Source: Anaeromyxobacter sp. (GTDB lineage Bacteria; Myxococcota; Myxococcia; Myxococcales; Anaeromyxobacteraceae). Taken from it: a stretch of 64,000 nt of DNA. Shown piece after piece: positions 50,357 through 64,000 of this stretch (positions are counted from its first letter, which is position 1; each line of letters starts with the position of its first letter). The position numbers were made by a program, and so were the translations under genes. The notes below the pieces were generated by a model. The model saw nothing but the letters and a program-made list of their open reading frames with translations, ran no database searches and was not told the origin of the DNA. The stretch lies in contig JASGJN010000026.1 of assembly GCA_049840735.1 (NCBI GenBank), positions 128,001 to 192,000 on the forward strand. Reading direction: 5' to 3'.

Positions 50357-51077
50357 GTTACACTGATCTGGGCTTGGACTACCTCGTCCTGGGCCTCGTC
50401 GCCGGGCTCGCGGCCATCGAGCGCAAAGGGTTCCTGCAGGCCATGCTCTCGCGCCCATCGCGCTGGGGCCGCTGGCTGGGTGGGCGCTCGGGGACCCGTC
50501 CGCCGGCATCATGCTCGGCATCCCGCTCGAGTTCTTCTGGCTCGGGGCGGTGAACCTGGGCGCCGCCGTGCCGGCGCACGAGGCGGCCGGCACCTGCGCC
50601 ATCGTGGGCGGCGCCATCCTGGCCGCGCAGAACCTGGGCGTGCCGGTGGGGCTCGACGTCGGCGTGCTGGCCTTCCTGGTGGCGGCGCCGGTGGCGCTGG
50701 TGGGCCGGAAGGCGGACCGGATCGTCGAGGGGTGGAACGAGCGGATCGCGCTCATCGCCGAGTCGGCGCTGGCCCACCACCACCCGCACCGCGCCGTCCG
50801 TGCCAACCTGCTGGGCCTGGGGCTGCCCTTCCTGATCGGCGCGGTGCTGGCGCCGCTGGGGGCCGCGGTGGCCGCGGCCGTCATCCCGGCCGTCCTGCGC
50901 ACCTGGCCCACGCTCTCGGTCCCGCTGGCGGCCGGGTTCCTGGTGCTGGCCGCGGTGGCCTGCGCCTCCGGCGCCAAGGCGCTGCGCGCCCGGCTGGCCC
51001 CGCGCGCCTACGTGACGGCGCTGGCCGGCGGGCTGGTGGTCGGCGCGGCGGTGCGCTTCATGGGAGGGCTGCCGTGA
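50353..51077 (+). CDS. PTS mannose-type EIIC (apparent frameshift near 50460)
   Basis: QAMLSRP..LEFFWLG..GAAVP motifs; hydrophobic; operon position. Confidence 0.85.
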
Positions 51078-51880
51078 CCGCGCCGGCGTCCGCCACCACC
51101 CCGGTCCACGTGCCGCGCCAGACCCTGACGCGCGTCTTCTGGCGCTGCCTGTTCCTGCAGGCGGCCTGGAACCGGCGCGGCATGCAGAACCTGGGCTTCG
51201 CCTACGCCATCGAGCCGGCGCTCTGCGCGCTCTACGCCGATCCGGCCCAGCGCGAGGAGGCGCTGCGCCGCCACCTTGGCTTCTTCAACTGCCACCCGTA
51301 CATGGCCGCCGCCATCGTGGGCGGCGCCATCCACCACGAGGAGCGGGTGGCGGCCGGGATCGAGCCGGGCCAGGGGCCGCTCGCCTACAAGCAGGCGCTG
51401 CAGGGGCCGCTGGCCGCCATCGGCGACGGCTTCTTCTGGACCGCGCTGCGCCCGTTCTTCGGCGCGCTGGCCGCGCTGGGCGCGCTGCTGCTGGGCGGCT
51501 GGGCCATCGTGGCCGCGCTGGTGCTCTACAACGTCATCTCCTTCGCGCTGCGCATCGGCCTGTTCCGCGCCGGCTACCGGGAGGGCGACCGGCTGGTGCA
51601 GGTGATCGGGCGGCTCTCGCTCCCGGCCGTGGCCGACCGGCTGCGCACCGCCGGCGCGGCGCTGGCGGGCGTGGCCGCGGCCGTCTTCGCGCTGCGCGGG
51701 CCGGCGGCGCTCCCGGCCGGCCTCGCGCCGGAGGGGGCCGCGCTGGCCGTGGCGGCCGCCGTGCTGGGCTACGTGGCCCTGGCGCGCGGCGCCCGCCTGA
51801 TGCCCACCGCCTACCTGGCGACCCTGGCCGCGGCCACGGTCGCCTTCCTCGCCGTCCTCCTGCAAGGAGCCGCACGCTGA
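51074..51880 (+). CDS. PTS mannose-type EIID
   Basis: QAAWN.RGMQNLGF, FFNCHP and GPLAAIGDGFFW motifs. Confidence 0.9.
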   Translation: MTAPASATTPVHVPRQTLTRVFWRCLFLQAAWNRRGMQNLGFAYAIEPALCALYADPAQREEALRRHLGFFNCHPYMAAAIVGGAIHHEERVAAGIEPGQGPLAYKQALQGPLAAIGDGFFWTALRPFFGALAALGALLLGGWAIVAALVLYNVISFALRIGLFRAGYREGDRLVQVIGRLSLPAVADRLRTAGAALAGVAAAVFALRGPAALPAGLAPEGAALAVAAAVLGYVALARGARLMPTAYLATLAAATVAFLAVLLQGAAR

Positions 51881-52148
51881 TGCCTCGCCAGAGCCGGACC
51901 TTCACCATCGTCAACGCCCTCGGCCTGCACGCCCGGGCCGCGGCCCAGCTCGTCCAGACCGCCAACCGGTTCAAGGCCGAGGTCCACGTCGAGAAGGAGG
52001 GCCAGGAGGTGAACGGGAAGAGCATCATGGGCGTCCTGACCCTGGCCGCCGCCAAGGGCTCGCAGGTGGCGGTCACCGTGGAGGGCGACGACGCCGACGC
52101 CGCCATGACCGCGCTGGCCAAGCTGATCGAGGCGGGCTTCGGGGAGAC

Positions 52149-52152
<4 letters not shown>
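51880..52152 (+). CDS. ptsH: Phosphocarrier protein HPr
   Basis: GLHARAAA (phospho-His) and NGKSIMGV (regulatory Ser). Confidence 0.95.
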
Positions 52153-53936
<1,784 letters not shown>

Positions 53937-54029
53937 GCCGTCCCGGGGTGCCCCTCCGGCCCACTTCCGCCCCTGCCTCGCAAGCACGACCTTCCGACCG
54001 GGCGGATGGCTGGCAGAACGTCCGCCATA

Positions 54030-54059
54030 TTGACACCACGCTCGGGGGCCGCGTACCTT
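54030..54059 (+). promoter_or_regulatory. Putative sigma70 promoter of metK, TTGACA-18-TACCTT
   Basis: Perfect -35 and TANNNT -10, followed by RBS GGAGG. Confidence 0.55.
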
Positions 54060-54084
54060 GCCAGGCCCCCGGAGGAACCACCCG

Positions 54085-55249
54085 ATGCCGCTCAGCGATT
54101 ACCTGTTCACCTCGGAGTCCGTCACCGAGGGCCACCCCGACAAGATGGCGGACCAGATCTCCGACGCCGTCCTGGACGCGGTCCTGGCCAAGGACCCGAA
54201 GGGCCGGGTGGCCTGCGAGACGCTGCTCAAGACCGGCTACGTCATGATCGCCGGCGAGATCACCACCAGCGCCCGGGTGGACTACCCGAAGCTGGCCCGC
54301 GAGGTGGTGAAGGACATCGGCTACACCGCCGGCGAGATGGGCTTCGACGGCCACACCTGCGGCGTGCTGGTGGCGGTGGACCAGCAGTCCAGGGACATCG
54401 GGCAGGGCGTGGACACCGGCGGCGCCGGCGACCAGGGCATGATGTTCGGCTACGCCTGCGACGAGACGCCGGAGCTGATGCCGGCGCCCATCCAGTACGC
54501 CCACGCCGTCACCCGGCAGCTGGCCAAGGTGCGCAAGAACGGCCTCTCCTTCCTGCGCCCCGACGGCAAGAGCCAGGTCTCGGTCGAGTACCGCGGCGGC
54601 AAGGTGGCCCGCATCGACACGGTGGTGGTCTCCACCCAGCACGCCGAGGACGTCTCCACCAAGAAGCTGCACGCCGCCGTCCGCGAGGAGGTCATCGCCA
54701 AGGCGCTGCCGAGGCGGCTCCTCGACAAGAAGACCAAGAATCTTCATCAACCCCACCGGCCGGTTCGTGATCGGCGGCCCCATGGGCGACACCGGCGTCA
54801 CCGGCCGGAAGATCATCGTGGACACCTACGGCGGCATGGGCCGCCACGGCGGCGGCGCCTTCTCCGGCAAGGACCCGTCCAAGGTGGACCGCTCCGCCGC
54901 GTACATGGGGCGCCACATCGCCAAGAACGTGGTGGCCGCCGGCCTGGCCGCGCGCTGCGAGGTGCAGGTCGCGTACGCCATCGGCGTGGCGGAGCCGGTC
55001 TCGGTCATGATCGAGACCTTCGGCACCGGCGTGGTGGCCGACGAGAAGATCGCCCGCGCGGTGCGCGAGGTCTTCGGGCTCACCCCGCGCGAGATCATCG
55101 AGGGGCTCAACCTGCTGCGCCCCATCTACCGGAAGACCGCCGCGTACGGCCACTTCGGCCGGACCGAGAAGTCCTTCACGTGGGAGGCGACCGACAAGAA
55201 GGACGCCCTCCGCGAGGCGGCCGGCGGGGCCAAGATCAAGGTCGCGTAG
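54085..55249 (+). CDS. metK: S-adenosylmethionine synthetase (apparent frameshift near 54740)
   Basis: [19 protein letters not shown] and [16 protein letters not shown] motifs. Confidence 0.96.
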
Positions 55250-55381
55250 CGACGCCGACCAGCTGCGGTTCTCCGAGGGCTCGCCGGCAGCGGCGGGCCC
55301 TCGGTGCTTCAGGCTCGCGGTTCGCCCCCGGTGTCCCGGTCCCAGGACGGCTTCCGCGACGTGCCCGCCCAAGCAATCCCT

Positions 55382-55489
55382 GGCCTTCGACTCCGGGCCT
55401 GCTGGCGCAGGCCCTACGCTCAGGCCGAGCGGATTCGCCCCGTTCGGCCTGAGCGTAGCCGCCGCGGAGCGGCGGCGGAGTCGAAGGCC
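55382..55489. repeat. Inverted pair of TTCGAC...GCTCAG repeats overlapping the tag 3' end
   Basis: Copies at 55382-55432 (+) and 55440-55489 (-). Confidence 0.9.
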
Positions 55490-56055
55490 TGGCCCTGCAC
55501 CGCGCGGTGACGGTGGCAGGTCGTCAGGTGGTCGTTGACCAGCCCCGCCGCCTGCATGAAGGCGTAGCAGATGGTGGGGCCGACGAAGCGGAAGCCGGCC
55601 TGCTGCAGCAGCTTGCTGAGCCGCTGCGCCTCGTCGGTCACGGCGGGCACCTCGCCCGGCGCCTTCCGGCGGTTCTGCCGCGGCGTCCCATCCACCACGC
55701 CCCAGACCAGGGCGCCCAGGCCGCCGTCCTTGCGCAGCCGGAGGAAGGCCCGGGCGTTCTCGCGGACCGCGAAGACCTTGAGCCGGTTCCGGACGATGCG
55801 CGGGTCGAGCAGGATCTTCTCCAGCCGCGCGTCGGTGAGGCGCGCCAGCTTCGCCGGATCGAAGGCGGAGAAGACGGCGCGGTAGCCCTCTCGCCGGTGG
55901 AGGATGGTCCGCCAGGAGAGCCCGGCCTGCGCGCCCTCCAGGCAGAGCAGCTCGAACAGCTGCTGCTCGTCGCGGAGCGGCACGCCCCACTCCTCGTCGT
56001 GGTAGCGGGCGTAGAGCTCGTCACCTTCTGGAACCCAGGCGCAGCGGCGGGGCAT
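55420..56055 (-). CDS. tag: DNA-3-methyladenine glycosylase I
   Basis: [21 protein letters not shown] and [24 protein letters not shown] motifs. Confidence 0.95.
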   Translation of the reverse strand: MPRRCAWVPEGDELYARYHDEEWGVPLRDEQQLFELLCLEGAQAGLSWRTILHRREGYRAVFSAFDPAKLARLTDARLEKILLDPRIVRNRLKVFAVRENARAFLRLRKDGGLGALVWGVVDGTPRQNRRKAPGEVPAVTDEAQRLSKLLQQAGFRFVGPTICYAFMQAAGLVNDHLTTCHRHRAVQGQAFDSAAAPRRLRSGRTGRIRSA

Positions 56056-56165
56056 CAGCACCTCCAGGGGCAGGATACCCGCGCTCCGGCGCTCGCGGCC
56101 GACCCTCCCCATCCGGCAGGGCCGCGCCGGAGGGAGGGGGTGGGCGATCCCTCCCCGGACCCGGG

Positions 56166-56220
56166 TTGACCCCGCCGCCGCAGGGATCTATACCCTCATC
56201 CATCCGGTCATCCGGATGGA
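56166..56220 (+). promoter_or_regulatory. sahR promoter (TTGACC-17-TATACC) and palindromic operator TCCATCCGG-N4-CCGGATGGA
   Basis: -35 at 56166, -10 at 56189, perfect 9-bp inverted repeat at 56199-56220 just before ATG. Confidence 0.75.
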
Positions 56221-56223
56221 CGA

Positions 56224-60474
<4,251 letters not shown>

Positions 60475-60486
60475 CCGACGTGTCCT

Positions 60487-60538
60487 GCCCTTCGACTTCG
60501 CTGCCGCCGATGGCGGCAGCTACGCTCAGGGCGAACGG
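60487..60538 (+). repeat. TTCGAC...GCTCAG repeat copy
   Basis: CCCTTCGACTTC-GCTGCCGCC gat GGCGGCAGC-TACGCTCAGGGCGAACGG. Confidence 0.88.
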
Positions 60539-60565
60539 GTCCCGCCTTTGCGCCGGGACCACCCC

Positions 60566-61156
60566 GTGACCCTGGCCCGCCTCGCCGCCGCGCTGCAGGC
60601 GTTCACCCCCGGGGTCGCGCCCGTCGAGCGCATCCCGCCGGATCACCTGCCCGAGGCCGGCTTCGGCCTGGCCAGCGTGCTGGTGCCCCTCTTCGAGCGG
60701 GAGGGCCAGGTCCACGTGCTGCTGACCCGCCGTCCCGCCACGCTGCGGCTCCACGCCGGGCAGGTCAGCTTCCCCGGAGGGCGGGTCGAGCCTGGCGAGC
60801 GCAGCCTCGACGCCGCGCTCCGGGAGGCGCAGGAGGAGATCGGACTCCCCGTCGAGCGCACCAAGGTGCTGGGGCAGCTGTCCGAGACCCTGGTCCTCAG
60901 CTCGGCCTTCCGCTTGACGCCCTGGGTGGCATCCGTGCCATATCCCTATCCGTACGCGGCGGCGCCCGCGGAGGTGGAGGCCATCCTGGAGGTTCCACTC
61001 GCGGCGCTGGAGGCGCCCGGTGCGCACCGGGTCGAGCCGCGCGAGGTCTACGGCATGCCGTTCGACGTGCACTTCTACACCGCCGGCCCCGACGTCGTCT
61101 GGGGCGCCACCGGCCGGGTGCTCGCCGAGCTGCTCAAGCTCTGGAGGACAGCGTGA
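60566..61156 (+). CDS. CoA pyrophosphatase (Nudix, NudL/PCD1-like)
   Basis: LLTRR..LR.HAGQVSFPGG..AALREAQEEIG and VWGATG motifs. Confidence 0.9.
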   Translation: MTLARLAAALQAFTPGVAPVERIPPDHLPEAGFGLASVLVPLFEREGQVHVLLTRRPATLRLHAGQVSFPGGRVEPGERSLDAALREAQEEIGLPVERTKVLGQLSETLVLSSAFRLTPWVASVPYPYPYAAAPAEVEAILEVPLAALEAPGAHRVEPREVYGMPFDVHFYTAGPDVVWGATGRVLAELLKLWRTA

Positions 61157-62241
61157 AGATCTACCCCGTGATCATGGCCGGCGGCTCCGGCACCCGCTTC
61201 TGGCCGCTCTCGCGCAAGCACCGGCCCAAGCAGTTCCTGGCGCTGGCCGGCGACGCGCCGCTGCTGGCCGCCACCGTGGGGCGCCTCCCGCCGCTCGCCA
61301 AGGCGGACAAGACCTACGTGGTCTGCGGCCCCATCCACGCCGCCACCGCGCGCAAGATCCTGCCCTCGCTGCCCAAGGACAACTTCATCGTCGAGCCGTG
61401 CGCGCGCAACACCGCGCCCTGCGTCGGCCTGGCCGCGCTGCACGTGGCGGCGCGCGATCCCAAGGGGATCATCGCCATGCTGCCGGCCGACCACCACATC
61501 GGCAAGCCCAAGGCCTTCCGCGACGCCATCGCCTCCGCCGCGGCGCTGGCCGAGGGCGGCGTCATCGCCACCATCGGCATCAAGCCCTCGCGCCCCGAGA
61601 CCGGCTACGGCTACCTCAAGGTCGGCAAGCCGCTCCCCGCCAAGGCCCAGGGCAAGGCCAGGCTGCAGGCGCACAAGGTGGAGCGGTTCGTCGAGAAGCC
61701 CGACGCCGCCACCGCCGCGCGCTACCTGGCCGACGGCAGCTACCTCTGGAACTCGGGCATCTTCGTCTTCCGGGCCGACGTGATCCTGGAGGAGATCGGC
61801 CGGGCCATGCCGGTGCTGCGCCAGCAGCTCGACAAGATCGGCAAGGCGCTCGGCACCCCCGCCTACCAGCGCGTGCTGAAGAAGGTCTTCCCGGAGTGCC
61901 CGTCCATCTCCATCGACTACGGCGTGATGGAGAAGAGCCAGCGCATCGCGGTCGTGCCGGCCGAGTTCGGCTGGAGCGACGTGGGCTCCTTCGCCGCGCT
62001 CCCCGACGTCCGGCCGGTGGACAAGTCCGGCAACGTCGCCGAGGGCGACGCGCTGGTGATCGACGGCAAGAACAACGTCGTGCTGGCCGGGATCGACCGC
62101 CCGCTGGCCGTCATCGGCCTGGACGACATCATCGTGGTGGACGCCGGCGACGCCATCCTGGTCTGCCGCCGCGACCGCGCGCAGGACGTCCGCAAGGCCG
62201 TGGACGAGCTCTCCCGCCGCGGGCGCGAGCACCTGGTCTAG
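61153..62241 (+). CDS. manC: Mannose-1-phosphate guanylyltransferase
   Basis: MAGGSGTRFWPLSR..PKQF, EPCARNTAP, FVEKP, WNSGIF and WSDVGS motifs. Confidence 0.93.
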   Translation: MKIYPVIMAGGSGTRFWPLSRKHRPKQFLALAGDAPLLAATVGRLPPLAKADKTYVVCGPIHAATARKILPSLPKDNFIVEPCARNTAPCVGLAALHVAARDPKGIIAMLPADHHIGKPKAFRDAIASAAALAEGGVIATIGIKPSRPETGYGYLKVGKPLPAKAQGKARLQAHKVERFVEKPDAATAARYLADGSYLWNSGIFVFRADVILEEIGRAMPVLRQQLDKIGKALGTPAYQRVLKKVFPECPSISIDYGVMEKSQRIAVVPAEFGWSDVGSFAALPDVRPVDKSGNVAEGDALVIDGKNNVVLAGIDRPLAVIGLDDIIVVDAGDAILVCRRDRAQDVRKAVDELSRRGREHLV

Positions 62242-62251
62242 CCGCGACGAC

Positions 62252-62292
62252 GCCTCCGTTCGCGGTTCGACAGGCTCACCGCGAACGGAGGC
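62252..62292. repeat. Short-form repeat: 15-bp stem around loop TCGACAGGCTC
   Basis: GCCTCCGTTCGCGGT-TCGACAGGCTC-ACCGCGAACGGAGGC. Confidence 0.85.
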
Positions 62293-62431
62293 TGGCCCGC
62301 GAACCGGGGCCGTCCGCGGACGGAGGCCGCGTCTGCCCAGTCCGGAAAGACCCAGGCGGGCGGCCGCAGGGCCTGCCCCCTCGCTTGTCCGGCAGCCCCG
62401 CCCATCCCGCAGTGCTATACACCGGCCGATC

Positions 62432-63804
62432 ATGCCCAAGCTCTCGCCCACCATCTTCCGCGAGTACGACATCCGCGGCCTGGTCGATCGTGACCTGACC
62501 GAGGAGGCCGTCCACCTGGTCGGCAAGGCGCTCGGCACCCGCATCCGCTCCGCGGGCGGGGCGCGCGCCGCCGTGGGGCGCGACTGCCGCGTCTCCGGCC
62601 CGAAGTTCGCCAGGGCCATGCTCGACGCCCTGACCAGCACCGGGCTGGACGTGCTGGACCTCGGCGTGGTGCCCACGCCGCTGACCTACTTCGCGGCGCA
62701 CACGCTCGACGTGCAGGGCATCTGCATGATCACCGGCTCGCACAACCCGCCTGAATACAACGGCCTCAAGCTCGGGCTGGGCGCGGCCACCTACTTCGGC
62801 CAGGAGATCCAGGCGCTGCGGGCCGAGGCCGAGTCCGGCCGCTTCGCCACCGGCAGCGGCAAGGTCACGCCCCACGACATCGTCCCCGCCTACCAGGCCT
62901 ACGTCGAGGCCAACCTCCAGCTGGGCAAGCGCCGGCTCAAGGTGGTGGTGGACGCCGGCAACGGCACCGGCGGCGTGGTGGCCGTGCCGGTGCTCCAGCG
63001 GCTGGGGTTCGACGTCGTCCCGCTCTTCACCGACATGGACGGCCGCTTCCCCAACCACCACCCCGACCCGACCGTGGAGAAGAACCTCGAGACCCTGAAG
63101 GCCAAGGTGCTCGAGAACCGGCGCCGACGTGGGCATCGCCTGGGACGGCGACGCCGACCGGGTGGGCGCGGTGGACGAGCGGGGGAACGTGCTCTGGGGC
63201 GACCGAGATCATGATCCTCTTCGCGCGGGCGCTGCTGGACCAGGTGCCGGGCGCGGCGGTCGTCGGCGAGGTGAAGTGCTCGATGAGCCTCTACGACGAG
63301 ATCACCCGCCGGGGCGGGCGGCCGATCATGTGGAAGGCCGGCCACAGCCTCATCAAGGCCAAGATGAAGGAGGAGCGCGCGCTCCTGGCCGGCGAGATGA
63401 GCGGGCACATCTTCTTCGCCCACCGCTGGCTGGGGTTCGACGACGGCATCTACTCGTCGCTCCGGCTGCTGGAGCTGCTCACCCAGACCGACAAGCCGCT
63501 CTCCGCGCTGCTGGCCGACGTGCCGAAGACCTGGTCCACCCCCGAGCTGCGGGTGGACTGCCCCGAGGACAAGAAGTTCGAGGTGGTCCGGCGGGCCCAG
63601 GACTGGTTCAAGGCCCGCTACGACGCCGTGACGGTGGACGGGGTCCGGGTCGTCCTCCCGGACGGCTGGGGCCTGGTGCGCGCCTCCAACACCCAGCCGC
63701 TGCTCATCCTGCGCTTCGAGGCGCGCACGCAGGAGCGGCTGGTCGAGATCGAGCAGCTCGTCCGGCGGCAGCTGGCCGAGATCTTCCGTGAGGTGGGGGC
63801 CTAA
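62432..63804 (+). CDS. algC: Phosphomannomutase/phosphoglucomutase (apparent frameshifts near 63117 and 63204)
   Basis: FREYDIRG, ITGSHNP, DGDADR, GEMSGH and RASNT motifs. Confidence 0.92.
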
Positions 63805-63807
63805 GCC

Positions 63808-64000
63808 ATGGCACGTCTCGCTCTGGGCGTCGATCTGGGCGGTACCAACGCGCGGGCCGCGGTCGTGGACCGCGGAGACCGGCCGGGTGGTCGCCTCCCA
63901 CAAGGAGAAGCTGACCGACCGCTCGCCGGCGGCGGTGGCGGCCACCATCCAGCAGGCGCTGGAGCGGGCCGCCGCGGCCGGCGGCACCAGCGTGGCCGAG
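63808..64000 (+). CDS. ROK-family sugar kinase, N-terminal part (runs off window)
   Basis: LGVDLGGTN phosphate-1 motif; one apparent frameshift near 63874. Confidence 0.8.
   Translation, partial: MARLALGVDLGGTNARAAVVDRGDRPGGRLPQGEADRPLAGGGGGHHPAGAGAGRRGRRHQRGR

Noticed and set aside
53937..54084. SAM riboswitch upstream of metK
   Set aside because: No SAM riboswitch consensus recognised, and the predicted promoter leaves only about 20 nt of leader.

Overview
Very GC-rich bacterial chromosome segment. Gene content (hprK-rapZ-mannose-type PTS-metK, sahR-ahcY, poly-HAMP MCP, Sfp PPTase/PKS) suggests an Anaeromyxobacter-like member of the Myxococcota; this is inference. About 55 genes are supported. 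Housekeeping blocks include glgA, ptb-buk, pepF, nudC, thiO, dinB, the PTS cluster, the SAM cycle, uppP and manC-algC-ROK. Accessory loci are: (i) an operon of acyl-CoA dehydrogenase, an unusual KS-AT-KS-ACP-ACP-KR-DH type I PKS/FAS whose two ACPs carry Thr instead of the phosphopantetheine Ser, and a coupled Sfp-type PPTase; (ii) a standalone YjjJ/HipA kinase; (iii) a lower-GC patch next to a SIR2-like protein, containing a TA remnant and secreted beta-rich proteins; (iv) a papain-like protease with a partner gene; (v) a nucleotidyltransferase/metallophosphoesterase pair. A dispersed palindromic repeat family (about 14 copies) has a covarying internal hairpin and has entered coding sequence; a second 29-bp repeat occurs twice. 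Many genes have single-base frameshifts clustering at GATC and GAGACC, best explained as systematic long-read errors rather than pseudogenes. No rRNA, tRNA, CRISPR array or transposase was recognised.
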